DNA of 32,000 nucleotides, taken from contig NZ_LN831039.1 of assembly GCF_001457595.1 (NCBI RefSeq), positions 3,570,001-3,602,000 of the forward strand. The letters run 5' to 3'. Shown piece after piece: positions 9,365 to 17,629 of the stretch. A program made the translations under genes and the position numbers. Origin of the DNA: Mycolicibacterium smegmatis (GTDB lineage: Bacteria > Actinomycetota > Actinomycetes > Mycobacteriales > Mycobacteriaceae). The notes under the pieces were generated by a model. It was not told the origin of the DNA and searched no databases. It saw only the letters and a program-made list of their open reading frames with translations. Positions within the stretch are counted from its first letter, which is position 1. The number at the start of each line of letters is the position of its first letter.

Positions 9365-10516
9365 TCAGCCGCAGCACACATTCGTTGCAGCGCAGTCGAT
9401 GTCGAACTGGATGTGGGTGCCCCCTCCGGTCGGACTCAGGACCGACAATCGCCCGCCCAAGGCCTCGGCCCGATCATGCAAACCCAGCAGCCCCGTGCCG
9501 GACCGGACGTCTGCGCCACCGATCCCGTCGTCGATGACCGCGACGTGCAACATGGCGCCGCCGAGTTCGGCCTCGATCCGCACGCGCGTAGCGTGCGCGT
9601 GCTTGGTCGCGTTGGCCAGCGCCTCCGCCGCAATGTAGTACGCTCCCGATTCGATCGACGTCGGCAGCCGGTCCGGGACACCCAACCGGAGCTCGACCGG
9701 TAACACCGAGCGGGCGGCCAGCGCACGCAGTGCGGGCTCGAGGCCCGCTTGCGAGAGGATCGCCGGGTGGATACCGCGGGCGAGTTCACGAAGATCGCCG
9801 ATGACCGTATCGAGACCGATTGACAGCTCCTTCAACTGGTTTCGAATGCTGTCGCTGACGCCTGGGCAGTCTGACAGCATCGCGACGCGTAGCGCCAAGC
9901 TCACGAGGTGTTGTTGCGCACCGTCGTGAAGGTCGCGTTCGAGTCGCTTACGTGCATTGTCGAAGGCCGCGACGATGCGAGTGCGTGACGCACGGATCTC
10001 CGCACGGCTCTGTGCGGTGGCGATTGCCGTGGCGGTCAGGCCGGTGAACTCCGCGAGGCACCGCTCCACGTCGGCGGGAAGGGGCCCGGTCACCGAACCG
10101 ATCGCGATGAACCCCCATAGCCTGCCTGCGACGTATATCGGGACCGCGACCCCGCTGACCAACCCTTCGCTCACGTACGGCTCCCCGCCGGGGACCTCGC
10201 GGTAGTCGTCGACCCGGGCCGACCGGCCCGTGTTCCACACCTTCTGCGTCAACCCGCATTCCGGGTAACCGGTCCAAGGCCCACCCACTCGGACATGGGG
10301 GCCGATGGTCCCGACATTCGCGACCATCGTCGCCGTGCCGTCGGACTCAAAGCGCACCATGCGGGCCGTGGCAGCGCCGTAGCGCCGGCGGACCTCCCCG
10401 GTCACCGCGGTGAACACGTCCGATGGCGGGGTGTCCCGCGCGATCAGGACCGCCAGGCGTCGAAGCGCGGCTTGGGTCTCGACCAGCTCGCGAAGGTTGC
10501 GCCGCCGGTCAGCCAT
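9365..10516 (-). CDS. GAF-domain sensor histidine kinase (HisKA_3 / NarX-DegS type)
   Basis: ARKRLERDLHDGAQQHLVSLALRV dimerisation/phospho-His box; DDGIGGADVRSGTGLLGLHDRAEALGG ATPase motifs; start at MADRRRN. Confidence 0.93.
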   Translation of the reverse strand: MADRRRNLRELVETQAALRRLAVLIARDTPPSDVFTAVTGEVRRRYGAATARMVRFESDGTATMVANVGTIGPHVRVGGPWTGYPECGLTQKVWNTGRSARVDDYREVPGGEPYVSEGLVSGVAVPIYVAGRLWGFIAIGSVTGPLPADVERCLAEFTGLTATAIATAQSRAEIRASRTRIVAAFDNARKRLERDLHDGAQQHLVSLALRVAMLSDCPGVSDSIRNQLKELSIGLDTVIGDLRELARGIHPAILSQAGLEPALRALAARSVLPVELRLGVPDRLPTSIESGAYYIAAEALANATKHAHATRVRIEAELGGAMLHVAVIDDGIGGADVRSGTGLLGLHDRAEALGGRLSVLSPTGGGTHIQFDIDCAATNVCCG

Positions 10517-10689
10517 CGTCACCGCGCCACTCTTGCGGGGATCCACACGCGTCCTGCGTCGCTGCCGCGCTCGACGGCCGGGATCCCCGTGGGTGCCGTA
10601 CGCCTCCGATGACCGACGACACGACCAGGTATCCCCTGAACAGAACCTGTTGCCATCGATAGCTCACCTGCGACTCGCTCGCATGTTAC

Positions 10690-10718
10690 CGTTGATATCG
10701 TCATTCACGATATCAACG
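10690..10718. promoter_or_regulatory. Perfect 12-bp-arm inverted repeat upstream of the histidine kinase gene
   Basis: CGTTGATATCGT CATTC ACGATATCAACG, exact reverse-complement arms, 5-nt spacer. Confidence 0.7.
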
Positions 10719-10750
10719 ATACTCGCGTGATCGCCGGCCTTCGGGACGGT

Positions 10751-11398
10751 TCAGCGTCGCCAGAACAAGTGGTGCAGGACGCCACTGGAACTCGGTACCA
10801 CCTCGAGGTGGTACCGATCGAGCAGTTCCTCAGGTGTTTCCCAGAGTCTCGAACCAGACCCGATGGTGACCGCAGGTGAAACCGCGACGTGGAGCGTGTC
10901 GATCAGGCCGGCGTCGAGGAACTCGCGAACCGTGCTCGCGCCGCCACCGAGGCGAACGTCTTTGCCCTGCGCGGCCTTCCGCGCGAGTCGCAGCGCGGTG
11001 TGCGGGTCGGCATCGATGAAATGGAACGTCGTATCCGACAACGTGAACGACGGACGCGGGTGATGCGTCAAGACGAATACCGGGGTATGGAAGGGCGGCT
11101 CGTCACCCCACCAGCCTCGCCACTCGTGATCGGCCCACGGACCACGGTGCGGACTGAACTTGTTGCGCCCCATGATCTCCGCGCCGATGTTGTTCGCGAA
11201 ATCGCGGGTGAAGTAGTCGTCCAGGCCGCGGCTGCCGCCTGAGTCGGTGCGGTTGGGCCAGCTCGCCGTGGCCCCCGCCCACGCGAACATCCTGTTCGGA
11301 TCGACGTCGCCGAACGGACGTTCGAAGCACTGGTTGTCGGCGGCGCCGAAACCGTCCTGCGACACGTTGAAGTTCTGCACCTTGAGCAGCTGGGCCAC
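10751..11398 (-). CDS. Dihydrofolate reductase / RibD C-terminal-domain family reductase
   Basis: VAQLLKVQNFNVSQDGFGA..., ADPHTALRLARKAAQGKDVRLGGGASTVREFLDAGLIDTLHVAVSPAVTIGSGSRLW; AGGAGG-AACAC-GTG supports start at 11398. Confidence 0.88.
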   Translation of the reverse strand: MAQLLKVQNFNVSQDGFGAADNQCFERPFGDVDPNRMFAWAGATASWPNRTDSGGSRGLDDYFTRDFANNIGAEIMGRNKFSPHRGPWADHEWRGWWGDEPPFHTPVFVLTHHPRPSFTLSDTTFHFIDADPHTALRLARKAAQGKDVRLGGGASTVREFLDAGLIDTLHVAVSPAVTIGSGSRLWETPEELLDRYHLEVVPSSSGVLHHLFWRR

Positions 11399-11507
11399 GT
11401 GTTCCTCCTGATTGGTTGCTGACACGCTGTAGACCCTCGAAGCCGGCGAAACTCATCGACAGGATTCGTCAGAGCCGCACCGACAGTCCGGAGAGTACCG
11501 TCGATTC

Positions 11508-12203
11508 ATGGCTCTACGCGCACTGGTTTTCGATGTCTTCGGAACCCTTGTCGACTGGCGCTCGGGCGTCGCCGATGCCTTCCGCTCCGCGGGTGTGGTG
11601 GGCGACCCCGACGACCTCGCCGATGCGTGGCGGGCCCGGTACCGCCCGATCCTCGACGAGGTCAACGACGGTCTGCGGCCGTGGGGGAACTTCGACGAGC
11701 TTCACCTGGCGACGCTTCAGGACGTGCTGAGCGAGCGGGACATCGCGTTGTCGCCGGATCAATTGACTTCTCTTGTGCATGCGTGGCACCGGCTCGATCC
11801 GTGGCCGGACGTCCGGGACGGGCTAGAACTGTTGCGCAGCAATTTCCTCATCGCACCGTTGTCCAATGGGCACGTGAGGCTGGTCGTGGATCTCGCCCGT
11901 CACGGCGACCTGCGGTTCGACTGCATACTCTCGGCCGAACTGGCGCACGCCTACAAGCCCGCACCCGAGACGTATCTGACCGCGGCACACCTTCTCGACG
12001 TCGATCCCTCGGAGGTGATGCTGGTGGCCGCGCATCCGTCCGACCTTGCCGGCGCCCGCGCAGCCGGGCTTCGCACCGCGTTCATCGACCGTCCCCTTGA
12101 GCACGGGCCGGCCACGCCGAAGCGGTCCGACCGCAAGGCGGACGTCTCCGCCGCCGACCTGCACGAGCTGGCGAGGCTGCTCGGCGACGAAGGGAAGGCC
12201 TAA
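11508..12203 (+). CDS. Haloacid dehalogenase type II (HAD superfamily)
   Basis: RALVFDVFGTLVDWRSGV; LSNGHVRLVVDLARHGDLRFDCILSAELAHAYKPAPETYLTA; VMLVAAHPSDLAGARAAGLRTAFIDRP. Confidence 0.93.
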   Translation: MALRALVFDVFGTLVDWRSGVADAFRSAGVVGDPDDLADAWRARYRPILDEVNDGLRPWGNFDELHLATLQDVLSERDIALSPDQLTSLVHAWHRLDPWPDVRDGLELLRSNFLIAPLSNGHVRLVVDLARHGDLRFDCILSAELAHAYKPAPETYLTAAHLLDVDPSEVMLVAAHPSDLAGARAAGLRTAFIDRPLEHGPATPKRSDRKADVSAADLHELARLLGDEGKA

Positions 12204-12225
12204 CAACGGTTTTGACTTAGCCTTC

Positions 12226-13077
12226 TCAGTCCGTGAAAGCCACCGACGCGGAAAGCTCTCTGCTCTCATCAAGTGCCGCAAGGCGTTCCGTGAGTCCCAC
12301 GCGGATCGCGTGGTAGCTGTCGTCGCCGAGCGTGAGGCGCAGCGGCGGGTCCGGGTTGCGGGTCGAGTCGTAGATGACGGCGGCGATCTTGGCCGGGTCA
12401 CCGGCGAAAGCGGTGTCGTCGGCGTTCTCCAGCACACGTCGGGTCTGGCCGACCGCAGTCTGCCGGTACGGCTCCGACTCGACGGTGTACTGCATCGCTG
12501 AGGCGAAACCGGTGCGGGTGCCGCCGGGTTCGACAAGGGTGAGGCGGATTCCGAACTCGGCGACCTCACGGCTGACGCTCTCGGTGAATCCCTCCAAACC
12601 CCATTTGGCGGCGTGATAGGCACTGTGCGTCGGGACCGCGACCTGACCGCCCATGCTGGAGATCTGGATGATCCGGCCGCCGCCCTGCTCACGCATCGGT
12701 TTCAAGAACGCACGGGTGATGAGCATCGGGGCCATCAGGAGAACGTCGATCTGGTCGCGGATCTGCTCGACCGTCATTTCCTCGGCGGCGCCGACGACCA
12801 CGTAGCCGGCATTGTTCACCACGATGTCCACCGGACCGGCGAGCAGTGTCCGCTCGATGACCGGCGCGATGTCGTGCGGCTCGGCGAGGTCGAGGACCTC
12901 GACGGTCAACCGGTCCCCGTAGGCGTCGCACAGATCGGCCAGGGCCGTGGCGCGCCGGACGGTCGCGGTCACGCGGTCGCCTTGCCGCAGGGCGCATTCG
13001 GCGAGATGGTGCCCCAGTCCACCTGAGGCACCTGTGATGAACCAGTGCCGAACGGCCTGGTCAGAACGTGCGGTCAT
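12226..13077 (-). CDS. SDR-family oxidoreductase
   Basis: WFITGASGGLGHHLAE; VNNAGYVVVG; SSMGGQVAVPTHSAYHAAKWGLEGFTESV catalytic Y-x3-K; start at MTARSDQ. Confidence 0.94.
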   Translation of the reverse strand: MTARSDQAVRHWFITGASGGLGHHLAECALRQGDRVTATVRRATALADLCDAYGDRLTVEVLDLAEPHDIAPVIERTLLAGPVDIVVNNAGYVVVGAAEEMTVEQIRDQIDVLLMAPMLITRAFLKPMREQGGGRIIQISSMGGQVAVPTHSAYHAAKWGLEGFTESVSREVAEFGIRLTLVEPGGTRTGFASAMQYTVESEPYRQTAVGQTRRVLENADDTAFAGDPAKIAAVIYDSTRNPDPPLRLTLGDDSYHAIRVGLTERLAALDESRELSASVAFTD

Positions 13078-13100
13078 CGATGCCCCTGGCGTAGGTTTAA

Positions 13101-13139
13101 CGGAATGTGTTCCGCTTACCTTAAGTGGAACACATTCCG
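13101..13139. promoter_or_regulatory. 39-bp near-perfect palindrome between divergent SDR and TetR genes (probable TetR operator)
   Basis: CGGAATGTGTTCCGCTTA CCT TAAGTGGAACACATTCCG; 17/18 bp arms match. Confidence 0.88.
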
Positions 13140-13171
13140 GATAGCAACTTGAGCCTCGCGGAGGAATGCAC

Positions 13172-13750
13172 ATGGCCAACCCGACGCGCCGCACGAGGAG
13201 CGATGCCCTTCAGAATCGGGCCCGCATCCTCGAGGTGGCCGCCAAGGCATTCGCCGAGCAGGGACTGGACACCGCCCCGGCCGCCATCGCCAAACTGGCC
13301 GGCGTCGGCATAGGCACACTCTACCGCCACTTCCCCACCCGCGAGACCCTCATCGACGCCGCGTACCGCCATCAGCTCACGCGAGTGTGCGACGCGGTCG
13401 CCGACCTCGCCGCACGGCATCCTGGCGACGAGGCCACCCGCAGGTGGATGGAGCGCTTCATCGACTACGCCACCGCCAAAAGTGGTATGTCCGAGGCGCT
13501 CAACGCGGTCATCGCTTCCGGGGCCGACCCGTTTGCCGACAGCCTTTCGATGCTCACCGAAGCGGTCGGCACACTCCTGGAGGCAGGACGCCGCGACCAC
13601 ACCCTGCGCACGGATGTCACTGCAGGCGACGTCCTGCTCTTCATGGGTGGCATCGCCTACGCCGCACAACACGGCACGCGGGACCAGGCCCGCCGATTGG
13701 TCGATCTCTTCATCGACGCGCTGACCAAGGACACGCGCCCAGACACATGA
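13172..13750 (+). CDS. TetR/AcrR-family transcriptional regulator
   Basis: RARILEVAAKAFAEQGLDTAPAAIAKLAGVGIGTLYRHFPTRETLIDAAY HTH; GGAGGA RBS upstream of ATGGCC. Confidence 0.93.
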   Translation: MANPTRRTRSDALQNRARILEVAAKAFAEQGLDTAPAAIAKLAGVGIGTLYRHFPTRETLIDAAYRHQLTRVCDAVADLAARHPGDEATRRWMERFIDYATAKSGMSEALNAVIASGADPFADSLSMLTEAVGTLLEAGRRDHTLRTDVTAGDVLLFMGGIAYAAQHGTRDQARRLVDLFIDALTKDTRPDT

Positions 13751-13918
13751 CCCTCTTCGGACTCATGACACCGCGACCGGGAGACCTTCGAGGAGATGCC
13801 CCGCTCGGCCGTCACCGGAGTCCGCCGCCGGTGAACTGCGGTGCACTGTCACCACCGATCGTTTCGATTGGCTAAGCTTTGGGGGTACGTGTCCGACCCG
13901 AACACCGAGGTGACATAC

Positions 13919-14161
13919 ATGATCTTGATCAGGGCGGCTTTGGCCGGCGTCGCAGCTGCCGGCGTGGTCCTCGGCGGAGCAATGGGCCTGGCCACCGCGA
14001 GCGCCGATCCGGTACCTCCGCCACCCGGTCCCCCGGTTCCTCCGAACGCCCCGAAAAAGCCTGCGGAGACCTGGCAGGGACATCCGATGGTGTGGGCACA
14101 GCTACCGGCGGGCGGCCACTGGGGCGTGTGGATCAACGGAGACTTCCTTCCGTTCAGCTAG
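13919..14161 (+). CDS. Small secreted protein of unknown function
   Basis: MILIRAALAGVAAAGVVLGGAMGLATASADPVPPPPGPPVPPNAPKKPAETWQGHPMVWAQLPAGGHWGVWINGDFLPFS*; classic signal peptide ending ASADP. Confidence 0.8.
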   Translation: MILIRAALAGVAAAGVVLGGAMGLATASADPVPPPPGPPVPPNAPKKPAETWQGHPMVWAQLPAGGHWGVWINGDFLPFS

Positions 14162-14313
14162 TCCGTCGGCCTTGTGCGGCGCGGCCGGTATGCCGCCGGA
14201 ACAGCAGGCGTGCAAGGCATTCACCACGGTCGACGGTCCTTCCGGCGGCATCGGCATGACTCATCGGCACGCTGGCGTGCACCCCGGCTCTCCGGGTGGT
14301 CATCATGGACTGC

Positions 14314-14679
14314 ATGGAGTCGACACGCATAGACCGGTGGCTGTGGGCGGTGCGGCTGACCAAGACCCGGCCGGACGCCGCGGCGGCATGCCGAGGCGGC
14401 CATGTCCGGGTCAACGACCGCGTGGCGAAGCCGTCGACGACCGTGGCGCCCGGCGACGAGGTACGTGCCAGGCTCGGTGACCGCACCCGCATCGTCGAGG
14501 TCGTGCGCGTCATCCAGAAACGGGTCGGCGCGGCCGACGCCGTGACCTGCTACCTCGATCGCAGTCCAGCCCTACCGCCGGCGGTGACAGTGCCCGTCGC
14601 GGTCCGTGACCGGGGTGCCGGACGGCCGACCAAACGCGATCGCCGCCTGCTCGACAAGTGGCGGTCCGGTCAGATCTGA
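14314..14679 (+). CDS. RNA-binding S4 domain protein (Hsp15-like)
   Basis: MESTRIDRWLWAVRLTKTRPDAAAACRGGHVRVNDRVAKPSTTVAPGDEVRAR...; C-terminal GAGRPTKRDRRLLDKWR. Confidence 0.92.
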   Translation: MESTRIDRWLWAVRLTKTRPDAAAACRGGHVRVNDRVAKPSTTVAPGDEVRARLGDRTRIVEVVRVIQKRVGAADAVTCYLDRSPALPPAVTVPVAVRDRGAGRPTKRDRRLLDKWRSGQI

Positions 14680-14684
14680 TACGG

Positions 14685-15128
14685 CTACGATCCGCATTCC
14701 GCACCCAATTTCCTCGGGTTCCGCAGACCGATCACGATGAGTACGACCGAGACGAGGATCGCGTAGGCGATGCTGCGAAAACCGGTTCCTGCCAGTCGCT
14801 CCTGCCACGGTTTGCCGCGATGCCCCTGCGACAGAATCGGATTCGCCGCCGCCGTACCCATCGCCGCACCCAATGCGGTGAACAGCCAGTTGCCGTATGT
14901 GCCGTACAGCGCGGTCCACCGCGCGATGCGGGCGAGCGGAGGCGGCAGCGCCACCTGTCCCCACACTGCACCCAGCGCGATCAGGAACGTACCGTTCATG
15001 ACGCCCTCGAGGTGCGCGGACAGCGCCATCCTCATGTTGGTGAAACGACGCTCCTGCAATCCGGTGACCAGTCCGATCAGGAACAGGAACGCGCCGTGCC
15101 GTATCAGTTTGCGATCAGCGGTCTCCAT
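14685..15128 (-). CDS. Small integral membrane protein, hydroxylaminobenzene-mutase-like
   Basis: METADRKLIRHGAFLFLIGLVTGLQERRFTNMRMALSAHLEGVMNGTFLIALGAVW...ALYGTYGNWLFTALGAAMGTAAANP; four hydrophobic segments; recalled family resemblance. Confidence 0.7.
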   Translation of the reverse strand: METADRKLIRHGAFLFLIGLVTGLQERRFTNMRMALSAHLEGVMNGTFLIALGAVWGQVALPPPLARIARWTALYGTYGNWLFTALGAAMGTAAANPILSQGHRGKPWQERLAGTGFRSIAYAILVSVVLIVIGLRNPRKLGAECGS

Positions 15129-15261
15129 CGGGTTCTCCTTGCCAGATGCTGACGGATCGATCCCGTCAACTGCCAGCAAGTGTGCGACTGCGCCAAGCCG
15201 CGATGATCCCGTGTTCGCGCCGGTTTTCGCACAATTTGCGACATGGGCGCAGACGAAGAGA

Positions 15262-16641
15262 TCAGGGACCCTGCTCGACGGCCGGCGGCGGCCACGTCTC
15301 GGGCGGCGGTGACTCCTGATCCCACCGCGACCACGTGTAACGCTCCTGCTCGATCTTGGTCGGATCGCCGAGCATGAAAGCGCGGTGGTAGCGGCTCGCG
15401 CGGGCGATCGTCGCCATCCAGGTGATGACGGTGCTGACGCGGTTGCGCATACCGGTGAGAAACGCGATGTGGATGAAGCCCCACGCCAGCCAGCCCGCGA
15501 ACCCCGATACACGCACGCGATGAACCTGCAGCAGTGCGTCGCCGCGGCGGATGTACGCCGCCGAACCCAGGTCGTGGTACCGGTACGGACGACGCGGCTT
15601 CCCGGCGAGGTCGCGGCGGACGCAGCGCGCTACGTGCAGACCGCCCTGCATGGCGTTCTCGGCGACCCCGGGCAGCTTGTCGCGGCCGACGAGGTCACCG
15701 ACGACGAAGACCTCGGGATGCCCGGGGACGGTGAGGTCCGGTTCCACCTCGATGCGGCCGGCCCGGTCGGTCTTCGCCCCGAGCACCTCGGCGACGTGCC
15801 GCGCGAACGGCACGGCCTCGACGCCTGCGGTCCACAGCACGGTGCGGGTTGCGTATTCCTCGGCCGGGCCGCCGTTCTTGGGCGTGACGGTCACGCCGTC
15901 GCGCCGCACATCGGTGACGTGTACGCCCATCCTCAGTTCGACGCCGAGCGCGCTCAACGACTCCGCGGCGCGTTCCGCCAGATCGGGCGCGAAACTCTTC
16001 AGCACGCGGTCGCCACCGTCGAACAGCAGTACGCGGGCCTCCTCGGGTTCGATGCTGTGGAACTCGTTCGCCAGGGTCCTGGTGGCCATCTCCCTGATCT
16101 GCCCCGCCAGTTCGACACCGGTGGGACCACCGCCTGCCACGGCGAAGGTCAACCACGCGTCGCGCTCCGGCCCGGGCGGAAGGGTCTCGGCGATCTCGAA
16201 CGCGGTGAACACACGCTGGCGGATACTCAGCGCGTCGTCGAGGGTCTTCATACCGGGTGCCCATTCGGAGAACCGCTCGTTGCCCATGTACGACTGGCGC
16301 ATGCCTGCCGCCACCACGAGCACGTCGTAATCCAGGACGAACGATGTCTCGTCCGGCCGCAGGAACGTCACCTGGCGCTGGTCCGGATCAAGTCGGATCG
16401 CCTCTCCCAGAAGGGGTTTGACGTTGCTATACCTCGCGAGTTCCTCGCGCAGCGGCCTGCTGATGTGACCGATGCTGAGTGTCCCGGTGGCGCACTGGTA
16501 GAGCAGCGGCTGGAACAGGTGCCCGGCGGCGCGATCGACCAGGGTGACGTCGACGTCGAGGCGGCCCAACCGTCGAGCACAGAACAGACCGCCGAAACCC
16601 CCACCGATGACCAGCACCTTCATGCGACCGTTGTTGCTCAT
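15262..16641 (-). CDS. NAD(P)/FAD-dependent oxidoreductase, type II NADH dehydrogenase-like
   Basis: MKVLVIGGGFGGLFCARRL; FAVAGGGPTGVELAGQI; VFVVGDLVG; GWLAWGFIHIAFLTGMRNRVSTVITW. Confidence 0.9.
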   Translation of the reverse strand: MSNNGRMKVLVIGGGFGGLFCARRLGRLDVDVTLVDRAAGHLFQPLLYQCATGTLSIGHISRPLREELARYSNVKPLLGEAIRLDPDQRQVTFLRPDETSFVLDYDVLVVAAGMRQSYMGNERFSEWAPGMKTLDDALSIRQRVFTAFEIAETLPPGPERDAWLTFAVAGGGPTGVELAGQIREMATRTLANEFHSIEPEEARVLLFDGGDRVLKSFAPDLAERAAESLSALGVELRMGVHVTDVRRDGVTVTPKNGGPAEEYATRTVLWTAGVEAVPFARHVAEVLGAKTDRAGRIEVEPDLTVPGHPEVFVVGDLVGRDKLPGVAENAMQGGLHVARCVRRDLAGKPRRPYRYHDLGSAAYIRRGDALLQVHRVRVSGFAGWLAWGFIHIAFLTGMRNRVSTVITWMATIARASRYHRAFMLGDPTKIEQERYTWSRWDQESPPPETWPPPAVEQGP

Positions 16642-16689
16642 CGCTACGAGGCTAGCGTGCGGCGCGACGGGTGTGGTTCATTCGGATCG

Positions 16690-17526
16690 TCAAATGCGGC
16701 TCTCGCCGGTGACCTTGTCGACCTCGACGTTGGGGGTGAAGTTGAAATTCGCCACGGCCGTGGACACTCCGGTGCCGATGGGCCCGTCCTGGTCGAACAA
16801 CGCGGCGGTGCCCGTGGCGACGCCTTCGGCGCTGGCATGGACGAGAGCGGCCATGCCGATGTACAGACCGCGCGGCAGCCTGCTGAGGGTCAGCGTGTAA
16901 TCGGCGTTGATGAAGGCCAGACCGTCCGTGCTGAAGTTGGTCAGTGAGCTCGTGACGTCCACCGCGAGTGCGGCCCGCAGCAGCGGCGTCAGTTCCTCGC
17001 CGTCGACGAGGTCACGCACCTCGCGCAACCAGGCGTACCGCGGCCCGTCGTACTGCCACGGGAACGGCGAGTCGATGCTTCCCGGCGGCGCTCCGTAGGG
17101 CGTGATGAACATCGGCACCGTGTCGTCGAACCGCTCGGGCTCGCGCGGTATCGGCGGCAAATCGACCGGCGTGCTCCAGAACCGGCCGCCCGGTTGGACC
17201 CCTCGGCGCAGGTACAGCGCCGAGGCCCGCGCCACCACCTCGCCCTGCTGGGTCATCTCGGCATCGAGCGCCTTCATCCGGGATCCGGACCGGACCACCG
17301 AGGCACTGACCCGTACCGGCGCGCTCGCCACGCGCCGCAGGATCTCGACGGTCAGTCGTGCCGGCTGCAGTTCAGCATCATCGACATGCCGCTCGATGGC
17401 GCGGGCGAGCAGGCCGCCGACGACATGCCCACCCAGCGTCGGCCCCCAGCCACCGTGCGCGATCTCGTTGGGGACGAACCCGTCGTCCCGGCGCATGAAG
17501 TACGGCGTCAACCCGTTGCGGTCCAC
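16690..17526 (-). CDS. Acyl-CoA thioesterase-like protein (hotdog fold, thioesterase family)
   Basis: NEIAHGGWGPTLGGHVVGGLLARAIERHVDDAELQPARLTVEILR; ALAAVDVTSSLTNFSTDGLAFINADYTLTLSRLPRGLYIGM. Confidence 0.83.
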   Translation of the reverse strand: MDRNGLTPYFMRRDDGFVPNEIAHGGWGPTLGGHVVGGLLARAIERHVDDAELQPARLTVEILRRVASAPVRVSASVVRSGSRMKALDAEMTQQGEVVARASALYLRRGVQPGGRFWSTPVDLPPIPREPERFDDTVPMFITPYGAPPGSIDSPFPWQYDGPRYAWLREVRDLVDGEELTPLLRAALAVDVTSSLTNFSTDGLAFINADYTLTLSRLPRGLYIGMAALVHASAEGVATGTAALFDQDGPIGTGVSTAVANFNFTPNVEVDKVTGESRI

Positions 17527-17629
17527 CGGAACCCTCTCGTCCGCGTCGCCGGGCCCTGTCCGGCGAACCGGACACCGAGTGTATTACCAATACAGCTACC
17601 GTTGCGATGACGGTATGGGTGTGCGTGCC

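Noticed and set aside
15385-16947. 520-aa plus-strand ORF opposite the NADH dehydrogenase-like gene
   Set aside because: Antisense shadow with no recognisable domain; spans two minus-strand genes.
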